Part shown: one piece after another, positions 50,766-63,381 of the stretch
Layout: every line of letters begins with the position of its first letter
Position numbering within the stretch: the stretch's first letter is position 1
Source: Pavona decussata
Lineage: Eukaryota
Assembly (NCBI GenBank): GCA_977016875.1
Contig: CDRNST010000175.1
Location: 496,001-560,000 of the forward strand
Reading direction: 5' to 3'
DNA: 64,000 nucleotides
Notes under the pieces: model-generated
What the model saw: the letters and a program-made list of their open reading frames with translations, nothing else
Told to the model about the DNA's origin: nothing
Database searches by the model: none
Translations under genes and position numbers: made by a program

Positions 50766-52642
50766 GACTGCAAAAAAGAACAGACATCCAGTGATTTTCT
50801 AGTAGTAGTAACACTATACAAAGCTTCAGCAGATAACAAGGCGACTCTTGTCAAGAGATTGTATGATGAAACATTGCTATTAGCGCAGTGTGGGTCGGTC
50901 AGATAAATGTTAGACTCAGTTTGAAAATGCCCAATTGGAACATTGCGAGGACACGTGATTTTTCCGAGGCGTATCTGCCAGAACGGGACAGTCTTGTCTT
51001 TCTTTAAAGAATTGTGAGCTCAGTTTTCTTGGAGACTGCATAAAAAGAAGCATCCATTAGTAAACTGACTGCATTTTGAGCTTTCTGATAGGCAGCAACG
51101 CAAACCTTTATGTTTGGATTTTTAAAGTTTCGTCACTGTCTTTGCATATTTGGAGCAAACGCAAGAAAAGGCCATATGTTCTGATATTTCTTTGCACCGG
51201 TGCCTTGTTGTTTGCTGAAGGTCTCTTGCGTTTCCGTGGTTTAGAACCAGTCTCCAGATCATGTGGTATGAAATAGTCACTTGCAGCATGTGATATAGAT
51301 CAGTTAGTCTAGTGCATCTGGCCACAACGATCACTCAAATACGCCATGACCAAAACAGAGAGCTGCCTTAGGGTATCGTTAATGGGCCAGAAAGCTTCAG
51401 TTCGACAGAAGTTCGTCTGCTATTAGTATCGTACTTGTTGTTAAGTACCCATGACCTAATTTTGTTTCTCATATCAATTTACCCATCACCCGTGTTGTAT
51501 GTATAAGGAGGTAAAATAATAGTGTTCTCATTTTGTTGTCGAGTTTACGCGTATATACCAGAAATGAAATTGTTTTTTATTGGTTGATAGTCTCAACTGT
51601 TCCTCACCGAAGGTTTTCAGCGAATTCTTTTGAAGTTTTTCGGAATAATATGTTAGCTTATTTATCCAGCTTCCTTGTGCCCTGAAGCAAGTTCATGCAA
51701 AATTATTTTCACATCGCGGTATTCGTTAATTTACTTCACAGCTGCTTTGTTTTAATCGCGGTCAAACGTACAAACGTGTTGTTAATGCTGGTTACATGTA
51801 CTTATACGATGGCGAGACGTTTGCTCCGTAGAGGTTACTGCCGAAAACGAGTGTGTGATTAGTGGAGGTATTTTTTATGTTTGTAGTAAATTGATTAAGT
51901 TCTGATGAAAAAAGGCCAAAATAACAAGAGGTGACAGTGATTACAAGACATTTCGAACCACTTCAACGATGATTGAACACGAAGGCACATAAAAGGGTTA
52001 GTAAGGTAGATGTGCCACTACAATCAGTGGAACCTACCTCGGCGACTGTTTTGCTTGCACCAAAAAAGGGAGACGTCTTTATTCCGCTCCCTTCGCCGTC
52101 GAGAGAACATATGAAAGTAAAACCTTGTTTGTCTTGTTCTTCTGTTGTTCTGTTGACCAGTTATCAACAAATGATACCTGACATTTTTTTCTTTCGCGTC
52201 TTTGTGTTTCTAATACGAATCTTAAATTGATTCCATTGACTGTTTAAATCATGTTATAGTTAATGAGCTTGTTCTCGCTTTATTTACAGTTATAAGGCAT
52301 CAAAATAAATTTATATTAAGCGATTTCCATTAAAATTCTCACGTTGTTCTTATGCAATGTAAGGAGTTATTGTTTTGAATGACGTAACTTTGTATATATT
52401 TTCAGAAATCTAGTTTGCTTTGCCGTTTTACTATAATTTGTGCAATGTCGTGTGCTTCAGTCGGTTGGTAGCCTGGCAACGAGGCGGAAATTCCAAGCAG
52501 GTGTCGTCTAGCGACGAGCACAGGACCCGTTGAAGTGTAAACCCAAGAAGGAAAAATGTTTTGATCTTTGTGCTTGGCCTTGCGTTTGACAGTGCATGCA
52601 TATGACTAATGTGCTTACGATTATGCTTCCTTCGCCGGTATA

Positions 52643-52900
52643 CAGCTATTTCAGTTAACGTTGTCGGTTCAAAGCATAAAGCTGAAAGACAAGACCGAAA
52701 GTTTACGTGGGATTTTTATGAATAAACTCATCAAAATCAGTCATGCCTGGAGAAAACAATAGGTAGTAATTAGCAGTACAATGACCTGCACGTGCAGGGA
52801 TGATTTTGATGAAATTATTCATAAAAAAATAATCCCACAAAACATTGCGGTCTTGTCTTTTAGCTTGATTTTAATCCGACAACGTTAATTGAAATAGCTG
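52643..52900. mobile_element. Palindromic TA-flanked MITE, copy 1
   Basis: TIR CAGCTATTTCAGTTAACGTTGTCGG / CCGACAACGTTAATTGAAATAGCTG. Nearly identical to 57945-58201. Confidence 0.9.
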
Positions 52901-53673
52901 TAAATTAAACGAACAGTTCCCTAAAGGACTTGGGTCAGCTTTAAGTGATTTTTCACTTCACTAACTAACTTTCCTAACTTCCTTTTGAGGTTTGAAGTGA
53001 CGAATAAGAAGCCGCATCACACTGCGTTCACCCAAGACTTGTGTCTGGTTTGGGACAAAATTGTTCGTTTGTCATCTATTTAAAGCTCAGTAGTAGCTAC
53101 CTTTTTGGCAAAATTAAAGGGCTGAAAGTCCCCCTCGGTTTCGTTATAATATTGAGAAGTTAATCAAAATTAAATGGCAACAAATGAAACTTTCTAATTT
53201 TTTTATTTTATTTTATTACATAATTGTTATCTGAAATGCATTTAACTTAAAATGCTAACTTAAAAGTTTAATGCATTATAGATAACAATTATGTTACTGA
53301 GATGATCCTCCCAGTTCGAGCGCCAATTCATGGCAATTCAGTGTGAAATATGGCAGAATGGCATGTATTTCCCTGATCTTTTTTGGATATTTAATAGCCA
53401 AGTTCGTAAACTGGAGGCAGAAAGATAGCACTCAAAACCAATCTTGACAAAAAGAAGAAAACCTTGAAGATTAACATCTTTTTTTTCGTTCTTTTTCCTT
53501 TTTTATTTATCTTCAGTGCTCATAAGTTCACAGTTTCCATCAATCTCCGTGCATCATCCACAGAAAATGTCTTCTGCTCTTTTCCAAGGAGCGTGACCAA
53601 GACGTTTCAAAAGTTTAATTATTAACTACCCCCCCCCCCCCCCCCACTTCCGCATAACGACGTTGCAGCAGGA

Positions 53674-56600
53674 TTATGACATAAGGCGGTCTGCAAGACG
53701 ACTGAAAAAACGCCTCACTCTTCGGATGCTCCCGATTACTCCGCCATAATACCGAAGATTGGAATTCTGAAAAAAAAAAAAAAAAAAACAACTCATAAAA
53801 GAAAATTAATTTAGGTACTTGATGACCCCGTAATAAACAACGGCCATCCAGCAATTTTAGAATGAAGCTACCCACCTCTTCTTTAAGAAAACTATTCTCT
53901 TGAGAGAGCAACTCTCTTTCGTTTTTCAACATTTCCAGCTCCTCTTTCAGTTTTTTGTTGTTTCTATGAATTACAATGCAAAATAATAAAAATTAATTTT
54001 ATACCCCAAGAAGGAAAAGTCAATGCGAAAAGGCACAAATTAACAATTTCTCGAAAATATAGCTTTTGCAGTAAATGAACTGCCTTAAATAATTTGTCCC
54101 ATTCTGAGCCCCCATTTTTATTTCCTATTAATTTTCAACCGGAACTGTAGTCGCATATCATCAAACTTATAATTTTGAAAGAATTTCTCTTATAAGAAAA
54201 AAATACTGCTTTGCCTGTTAACCAAAACCAGTGGCACCAAGGCATCATCGTCTTACTGGACACTAAAATTATGTGTCATTAACGAACGACAACTGAGGTC
54301 CACTTACTTTTCCAGTTCATCACGTGCTTCTTTCTCGGTCTGATCAATGAAAGAAACGATAAACGATTAATTTTTCGACGAAAAATTAAGAAAATGTTTT
54401 GTATGTGGAAAACGCTGAAACTTATACCGGGAGGACAGACAGACTGACTAAAGATGACAAAGTGGGATGGAGAGAACAATTTACGAACATTGTTAGACTT
54501 TTGAACATCAATTCAACCTTGACGAGTCAAGGAGGAAATGCTGATAACAAAAACCACTAAATCCAACATTGAACAGGGATGGGGGCCTGGACCTACCAAC
54601 GATATACGACACTATACGATGGTCACGTGATAGATGATCACGTGACCGATTAACAAGATCAAACTACTGAAGAAGACGTTGAGATAACTTTGAAATATTT
54701 CGTTCCCAAAACTATTTGCTCTGAGTCGGCAATTTTCTTTTATCATCATCATGTTTCCAGGGCAGGAAAATAATCTTTTCAGGAGATGGTAAGGATTCTT
54801 TAATGCAAAGAAATTTAATGTAACTGTCTTGACTGGTAGCTTGGAAATGGCTCATGGCTGCGAACTCAGTATAAACACCACTGCGATTTGCGCCATTTCA
54901 TTATAAAGTTATAAAGCTAACTGCTCAAGTTGTCATCGTTACCTCAATAATCTTGTCTTTTCTGTAGCATTTGTTTGTCAGCGTCTGCATCCTTTTAGAC
55001 ATAGCAGCCTTCTGTTTTTCAGCCTGTTCGCAAATCGTTTTTTTCTGCCCCTTGATCCTTCTAAATTTATTTCTCCACGAGTCAGACTGCTGTGCGAGGG
55101 ACTCTTTCACCTGACTAGCTTCGCTCAACCTAAAAAACGGATTATGTAGTTGGAAAGAATGCTCATTTACTATGGTAACGTTAATTCCTTACAGCCCTCA
55201 ACGCTCTTTAACGCCAAGAAAAAACCCTGTGAGGCTTAAGAGGGTGTTAACCATTTGCCCAAAAACTCCCGGTTTGCTGGAAATAGCAGACCATTAATCA
55301 CGGTTTGCTGGAAATAGCAGTACATTAATCAACACCCACCAACCAGCTTCACCACAACCGCCTTCTTCGTGTATCCGGATAAACACTGGCCCTTGTTACA
55401 AGTATCGCTGTAAAGCCGTTACAGAATAGAAACCTATATTTATTAGCTTACATAAGTTTCTACAATTATGTCCAATGGTAAAAGTGTTAAATGGTAAGAG
55501 CTTTTTTACGCATGTCTTGGGCCAAATTGGAACAAGTAAACCGATGGAGTTCACCTCTTACCCACTGAAAACTGTCCAGTGGGTTTGGAATCAATTTAAG
55601 AAAGGTTTAAAGATTAATTTTACTTACTTTTCCGTGGCTTTCTCGTAACTGGACTTGTAAAAGGCGGCCTAAATTTTACGAAGGAAAAACGTTTTAAAGC
55701 AATGTCCAATACTATCAGCCATGCTACTCGCATACTCCCTCCATCATTAACGTAACAGCACGTGACAACAACAACGTCAACGAATGGCTTTGAATATATA
55801 GTTAAAACATATCTCGTGCTATTCATTAACTTGAAGTAACCTCAAACAAAAGTCAATATCATCGGAGCGTTTGCCTCTGTTGCATTACACTGTAAAATTA
55901 CCTGATCTTCCAACTCATTTATCGTCTCAGTATTTCTGTTGGTGGAAATAGGGCAATGATTTGTTAAAGTATTGTACAGAGTAGACAGAAAGAAAAAATA
56001 ATGATAAATGTTATTCAGAGGGAGGGGAGGGCAGACTATCAGCTTCAAACGTGCATTTTACGTTCTATCTAGCGTTTCTAGGTCCTCAGGGACTTCACGT
56101 GGCATTTGTAATTTAACCTTTCGTGCGCTTTCAAGTTTGCATTCATTATTGTGAATCTATTCCAGCAAGGCTGGTTCAGTTCTCCTCATCTACAGTCAAG
56201 CTCATTTCAACCTATCCGAGGAAAACGTTTGTAAGTTCGCCCTTAGTCCTCAACTTTGCTTATTTTCTTTTCACCCATTGCTGTATTTTATTTCATTTAG
56301 TAGTCGAACCATCATCATCATCATCATCTCAATAAGATTCGTTTTGTCGTTTGCTGCGTTCGAAGTAACCTCGATTCAAATGTTGTGAACATTAAAAGAA
56401 AGTAGTCGGTGTTCACAGAGACCATCCTAGTAACTGCACTGGCCCCCCGGGGGCATTACCAGGCTGTAAAATACTACAATGACCACCGTTAGAATTAAAC
56501 TGAAAAATGTGACCGGAACTAATTGACACTGAAAACTGAAAACATTCTCACTGAAAACTGTCCAGTGGGTTTGGCATGAATAAAAAAAAAAAAGAGGTTT

Positions 56601-59600
56601 TAAGATTAATTTTACTCACTTTTTCGTGGCTTTCTCGTAACTGGACTTGTATAAGGCGACCTAAATTTGACGAATGAAAGACGTTTTAAAGCAACGTCCA
56701 ATACTATCAGCCATGCTACTCGCATATATACTCCCTCCATCATTAACGTAACAGCACGTGACAACAACAACGTCAACGAATGGCTTTGAATATATAGTTA
56801 AAACATATCTCGTGTTATTCATACATACATACACATAATTTTTGTTAAGGCAGGTCGGTTTGTGGCAACCCAAAGGCTGGTGTGGACCTGCCAGGAACTA
56901 AAAAACTGCTTAAATATATGTACAATTCTAAAGAAAAAGTAAAGAAATTTCAAGAACTTAGAAATATAAAAAATCCGTTTGCTTTGATGTTATCACACAG
57001 GCCTCCTTTTCGAATTGAATACCATCTAATGTCTTTGAGGCCTGTCTAAGTTTTTGTTTGAAAAGCTGTAGAGAGGAAGCATCCTTGATGGCTTTAGGCA
57101 GCAAATTCCAGACAATGGGCCCTCTGTACCTTGCACTATTCCTACCAAGATCACTGTTACACCGTACATACGGAAAGTCATTAATACGCCTTAGGTTATG
57201 ATTACTATCAATGTTGCGTTTTGTGAAAAGGGCAGTAAGTTGATCAGGTAAACTATTATGATAATCTCGATACATTATAGAAGCGAGTCTACGTTTGTAA
57301 ATATAGCCTAATGATTTCCATTTAACTAGGTCAAGAACGTCAGAGTCAGGAGTTTCGCTGGGCAGTTTATGGATTAGTTTGGCTGCTTTCAAGTGTTAAT
57401 GTTTCATTCATTAAATGTGGATGGTCATTAACTTGAAGTGACCGTAAACAAAAGTCAATATCATCGGAACATTTGCCTCTGTTGCATTACACTGTAAAAT
57501 TACCTGATCTTCCAACTCATTTATCGTCTTAGTGTTTCTGTTGGTGGAAATAGGGCAATGATTTCTCAATGTATTGTGTAAATCAATTCAAACGTGCACT
57601 TTATGATCAATTGTTGCTAGGTCCTCAGGGACTTCACGTGGCTTTTGTAATTTTTAAAGATCAAAATCTTTCGTGCGCTTTCAAGCTTGCCTTCATTATT
57701 GTAAATCTATTCAAGTAAGGTTAGTACAGTTCACCTTAATAGTTGGGCGTCTACAGTCAATCTCATTTTAACCTATCCGACGAAAACATTTGCAGCTAAA
57801 AATTAATTTCGCCCTTAGTCCTCAACTTTGCTTATTTTCTTTTCACTCATTGCTGTATTTTATTTCATTTCTAGTCGAACCATAATGTTCAAGACTCCCG
57901 GGCTGCAAAAATCTACTATACCCACCGCTAAATTATGACATATACAGCTATTTCAATTAACGTTGTCGGTTCAAAGCATGAAGCTAAAAGACAAGACCGA
58001 AAGTTTACGTGGGATTTTTATGAATAAATTCATTAAAATCAGTCATGCCTGGAGAAAACAATAGGTTGTAATTAGCAGTACAAAGACCTGCACGTGCAGG
58101 GATGATTTTGATGAAATTATTCATAAAAAATAATCCCACAAAACATTGCGGTCTTGTCTTTTAGCTTTATTTTGATCCGACAACGTTAATTGAAATAGCT
58201 GTATATAAGGGTATAAAGCTGAAAAATGTGACCGGAACTAATTGTCACTGAGTTGAGTGAAAACGAATTTGAGTTACGCCAAGCAAAACGAGATTCTGGT
58301 GCCTTTGAGGGTGTTTTTTTTAATCCCGACTCCCAGCTCTGTCATTGTCTTGCGAGAGTTCCCCTTCAAGGGATTATCCCAAGAAATTAATTTTCTAAAA
58401 AGGATGTATGATTACTTTGACTTACTTTGTCGCTGCTTTCTCGTAAGCGTCCTTGTAATAGGCGACCTAAATTTAGAAATAAAATCAGTACTTTTTTTGA
58501 TGTTATGTTCAAAGGGGTTCATATATTCATATTCATATATTTATATTTACAGCAGAATGTGACAACAACAACAGCGATAATAATATAACAAACTGAGAGC
58601 TTTGAATGAGAAATGGCTTGGAAATAAGCATTGTATTTAGTTTAGTGATCAAAGGATATGTTTTGTATTCATCAGTGTGCAAAATATTCTCAAACAAGTC
58701 TTCGCGAGTGCAGTATTTGTCTTTGTTGCATTGCAAGGCTAAATTACCTCATTCTCCAAATCATTTGTCCTTTCAGCATCCCTGTAGGTGAATGTAGAGT
58801 ATAAATGTTCATTAACATACATAGCTTGTTTTGTTAGCAAAACTTTGACAGCGATACGGGGATCATCTCATTACATCAAGATAGACCTTACAAATGGCGA
58901 GACGTTGGTAGAGCAATATTTTTTAAGGACATTGAGTAAGCAAACCCCTTGGGTCGGCTGCTTTTCTGATATGGGAGGATAATACCCGAGGCTAGAAGAT
59001 TGTCCAAAAATTAAACTGTTGCTTCGAAGGCACCTAGGAAATGCTAAGGACAAACTTTTAAGGCGAGGATATTATCATGTGATATACCAGCAAGCCGAAA
59101 AACGGTTTATTTATTTTATAACCCTTGGATGAACCTCTAAGATGCCGATACTGTATTTACCAGTTTTTGAAATAATCCATGAAGTAGTGAGATCATAACT
59201 TTATGAACAGTAAAGCAACGTATTATTAAACATTAAACAAAAGGTCACTGGGAAACAATCCTGAAAAAATTCTAAGTATTCAATACGGGATTTTATTCTC
59301 TTACGTTGTGCTATGTTATCAACGAAGAAACAAAATTAACTTACGTCTCCTTATTCCGCTTGACTCGCATCAGGTATTCCAACTTCAAAAAACATAGAAG
59401 AATAACATGTGAGTCCCACTGTCCTTATTCTAGACAATACTATTCTAGTGCAAGTTAATGTTAAGAAATGTTTTTGGCCAAGGAAATGGATGCTAACTTA
59501 AAAAGGTCGATCTTTACATAAAAATTTGGTAACAGCTTACTGCAGCTCGTCATTTCTTTTAAATTGATTTGATTTTGTCCCACTAGTGTAAGCAAGGCAT

Positions 59601-62600
59601 TTAGATGCAAATTGTCTATTAAAAAAGGGATAATACTCCCTAGCACGAATGTCACATTCCTTTCTCATAACTGTAATATCCAACTTGGATGATCCAATGC
59701 AACAAACTTTACCTTGGAGTTTGATATCTCAGCTCTGAAGAAAGAAAATTAAGCTCGTGGCAGACATTGCTCAGTTTTCTCAAAGAGCGAGTAAATTACG
59801 GCAGTCACCCCTAGCACGAATGTCATATTTCCTTCTCAGAACTGTGATATCCAAATCCAGTGCAACTGAGTTTACCTTGGAGTCGGATATCTCAGTTCTT
59901 AGGAAAGAGAATTAAGCTCGTGGCTGACATTGAAATTGCTCAGTTCTCTCAAAGCGTGGGTAAATTACGACAATCACTCCTAGCACGAATGTTATATTCC
60001 CATCTCAGAACTGTGATATCCAAATCCAGTGCAACTAAGTTTACCTTGGAGTCGGATATCTCAGTTCTTAGGAAAGAGAATTAAGCTCGTGGCTGACGTT
60101 GAAATTGCTCAGTTCTCTCAAGGTGTGGGTAAATTACGACAATCACTCCTAGCACGAATGTTATATTCCCATCTCAGAACTGTGATATCCAAATCCAGTG
60201 CAACTAAGTTTACCTTGGAGTCGGATATCTCAGCTCTGAGGAAAGAGAATAAACAGAAATCTAATATATGACCGTCTGATTCGTTTTTTCGGATGCTCTA
60301 CCACTGAGCTACAGGAGCTAAGGCCATTAAACTAGGTTCATATGACAAACATCCTGTATACTAGTAGGATGCGTGAAAGAAATGTGATGTTATATTTTAA
60401 GCCTGGCCGTGAATAAATGTTACATATGTTTTTTTTAGTCATGTGTATTTTTTAGTCAGTGACACGGGACTTTCTGAATCCGATTTTTATTTTAAATTTC
60501 ATGTTTTTGTGTTTTTTTTTATTGTTAACTTCAATAAGGCCACTTTTTTAAAATAAGTCCTTTGTTGGCAATGATGTTTTAGGGACAGATGTTGGCATGC
60601 ATTTCAGATTTCATGTCACAACAGAGCTGGATGGTGGTTAATCAAGTGCAAGGTAAACCGATAAAGGTTGACTCACCTTCTTACACTCCGCCTTATGAAC
60701 AGCAATTTCGTCGTTTGCTTCTAGCTTTTCCTTCCACAGAATGGAGACGTCCGACTCCAAGGTGGTAATGTGGTTGTCGGCTTTACACAAATCGTCTTCT
60801 TTTGCCTAGAAAGAAAGAACTTGATTGGTTCCTTTCGAAGAATAAAGACTTTTTTAAATAGAATATCAAGTTGTGCTCCGTTTGTTTTAATTACAAAGAC
60901 AACATTTCGGGAATCATCAAATATTATTTTCAACATCCATTTTTAGTTAAACAGGCGCTGTTCAAATTATTTTCAATCCTTTGTAGTTTTGTCAGAGAAT
61001 GGTAGGCACGCATAGTTATTGTTCATTTGCATCTGACAAGCCAAAGATTAAGACATGCTTATTTCATAAGCTTAATTTAATGCAACCATCAAAGCCGTTT
61101 ACCTTCAGGAGTCGGTTAACTTTGCAGCCCTCTTTCTCCATAGATTGTATCATTGCATTCAACGCCTGTTTCTCCTCATTCGTTTTTTTGCACCTATATA
61201 CAGGACGAAAATGAAAAAAAAACAAAAAACATCTAAACATTGAACGTCTAAACATTTTACAGGAAATGTACAAAATGTACCGAATTATCCACAGACATAC
61301 ATGAACCAAACCTCACAAAGAGCAATAAAGTCTCACTAAAACAAAAGATAAAAGTGAATGTGTATTACGTGTCCTCGGCCACGCCTCTCTCTTTAGTCAG
61401 CTTCTTGATCTGCAAAAAAAAAAAAAAAATGGGAAAACGTTATCTTGCAGGCGGTTTTAAATGGTGTAACGTTTTTGCATTACATTGATCCATAGACTCG
61501 TAGACTAACGCATAACATGACTGAAGCAACCTTGTTTGAATGAGAGACTACTTTCAAGAAAATTGTTTAATGTTTTGATTTCGCAATTAGCTTAGGAACA
61601 ATATTGTAATTTTCGGCAGCAACCTTCATATAGTGCATAAAAGCACAAGAGCAGTTTTTATTCTGGCATATAATATATTTCTATTCCCAAGATTTAATGA
61701 AGCACACATTTCTAGAACCTCGTGAAATAAGAAGAAGTGTAAGACTGTAAACGATAATTTCTCGTAGAATCGGCATAAATCATAGTTTACCTTTTTATTA
61801 AGGGAAATATAAATTATCTTATTGCTTTCACTTCATACCGTCTTTTGCTGATGCTTGTCTTTCATCTCTAAATCCCGAATTTTGTTTGACTGTTTTTTCA
61901 ATTTTAATGCAAAAGCTTCTTTTTCTTTTTCCAGTGTATTTTTCCATTGTCTGTGGATAAACATAAATATATCAGGTCGTATATACCATCTTTTTCACTA
62001 GACCAATGAAATTCATAGGGCTCAGTTGAAATAGAGATCACTTTGAAAATAATACTTGTTTCTGATAGGCAGCAAGTTAAAGAGTAATTAGAAATTATCA
62101 ATGTGCAAAAAAAAGAAGAAAATAATGTTTAAGTCCTCTGGTGATATATTTCTGCACTATGTTGCCAATCAGATCAGTATTTTTGCTAGTCGCATTTGAG
62201 AACTTGAATTGCAAGACAATAGATAAAAGGTTAATTTTGGGTGTTTGGAGAAAATGGTAATCAAGCAATAGATGGAGCACGGGGTGGGGGGGGGGGGGGG
62301 GGGGAGGATCTCAGGTATATTAGAGACAGGAATGCGAGACTGACATGGAATTATTAGACCCAGAAAAAGTCATCTTAGGCTAGACCCTGACTAAGAATGT
62401 CCAACGGCGCAGAAAGTAACCCCCAAAAGTCCCGTTTGACATAAAAATGAGAACCCTTACTTACGTCAACAGTTCTTGAAGAGTTTTGATTTTGTTTTCT
62501 TGCTGCTTTGCTACAGCCTCGTAGGAATTCTGATATGGATAGTAACACAAGTTGAACATACTTTTAAACAAAAAAAGAGAAATCAAGAAGCATACATACA

Positions 62601-63381
62601 ACCTAAAAATACATTGTAAAAAGGCGAGTGTACTACGAGAAAAAACCTTATTCAATTGCGTTTCTTTGTGATTACCCTGTCTAGACCGGGGACGACTTTT
62701 GCCCCACCGATTTACTTGTTACAATTTATCAAATATTTTAGCAAACGCCAATTTATCTGGAACAATTTGATGTGGCAGGTCACTATGTACTGAATTTGAT
62801 TTTTCCAAGGCAATCAATTATTAATAGGCAGGTGTCGTAGAAAAATGAAATATAATTATTGTAACTTTAATGTTCTTAGCTCAATTTAGTATTCTTGATT
62901 TCGATGGCGGAACCAAGTAGGAGAAGGTAAAGGAAACGTGGATCGATAGTGGAAGTATATAATGTAGAGTCTGTCACATTCATAATGTTATACCTGAGAT
63001 GAAACTTGCCCAGCAACAGAAACGTCAGCCTGAGTTTGAGTTGCTCTGGTTATCCAGCGTGGCCGTCTGCGGGAAAATAAAGGAAAATGTTGGCTAGTTC
63101 CGCCTCCCAACTCCTATGAAGGTAAAACAGGACTGAATAGTATTTGACACGGGTTATGCATCTTTCGTTTCCAGCATTGCATAATGCCCTATCCTCCCCT
63201 CCCCTCTCTCGGTGGACATTGGCATTTTTTGAAATCAAGCGGACAAATACCCCACTGTGACGGTCATGACGGATGATGGCAGTGAAAAAAAAACATCAAT
63301 TTCTTCGCATCTTGACTTAACTTACACTGGAAGCGGTTGCATCCCTGTATACATTCCATTTGCGTGAGACAAAGCTATGAA
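53674..63381 (-). CDS. Gene B: paralog of gene A, coiled-coil protein, 5'-incomplete, 18 exons visible (409 aa visible)
   Basis: Exons 63381-63326, 63066-62994, 62529-62465, 61950-61839, 61409-61369, 61193-61103, 60805-60677, 59382-59345, 58781-58748, 58466-58426, 57537-57504, 56660-56620, 55935-55902, 55668-55628, 55129-54943, 54339-54308, 53963-53876, 53766-53674. All are GT-AG in one open frame ending RYYGGVIGSIRRVRRFFSRLADRLMS*. Confidence 0.88.
54490..54710 (+). mobile_element. Penelope-like element 3' fragment
   Basis: PTLNRDGGLDLPTIYD matches the PxLNRDxGxxLPxIY end of Penelope GIY-YIG ORFs. It is followed by an ACTGAAGAAG...GAAATATTTCG end motif. Confidence 0.7.
56821..57400 (-). mobile_element. 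3' fragment of a CR1/L2-group LINE with an (ATGT)n tail
   Basis: ORF 56958-57392 (...HNLRR...RNSARYRGPIVWNLLPKAIKDASSLQLFKQKL). It interrupts a site that is empty in the duplicated intron near 55820. Confidence 0.85.
57945..58201. mobile_element. Palindromic TA-flanked MITE, copy 2
   Basis: Near-identical to 52643-52900. The homologous duplicated intron near 56460-56520 lacks it. Confidence 0.9.
59640..60250. repeat. Tandem array of ~169-bp units (3.6 units, 4 hairpins) derived from an inverted copy of the adjacent gene B exon
   Basis: Units start CTAGCACGAATG at 59640, 59811, 59980 and 60149. The last three contain CTCAGAACTGTGATATCC...GGATATCTCAG(T/C)TCT(T/G)AG hairpins (59835-59902, 60004-60071, 60173-60240). 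A degenerate hairpin lies at ~59664-59739. Confidence 0.92.

Larger units (their letters stand above)
55560..58800 (-). repeat. Tandem triplication of the 34-nt + 41-nt exon pair of gene B, with flanking intron sequence
   Basis: Three exon pairs: DAERTNDLENE/VAYYKDAYEKAAT, NTKTINELEDQ/VALYKSSYEKATK and NTETINELEDQ/AAFYKSSYEKATE. Intron sequence is also duplicated (55564-55830 vs 56549-56820; 56050-56310 vs 57590-57882). Confidence 0.9.

Noticed and set aside
59860-60271. Repeated 74-80 aa plus-strand ORFs (MQLSLPWSRISQ...)
   Set aside because: The 169-bp unit is not a multiple of 3 and the ORFs are antisense to gene B. The FTLESDISVLRKE similarity reflects the inverted exon copy, not a separate protein.
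60285-60320. tRNA-like sequence (GATGCTCTACCACTGAGCTAC)
   Set aside because: Only a partial A-box-like piece with no full cloverleaf. Likely a SINE fragment, not a tRNA gene.
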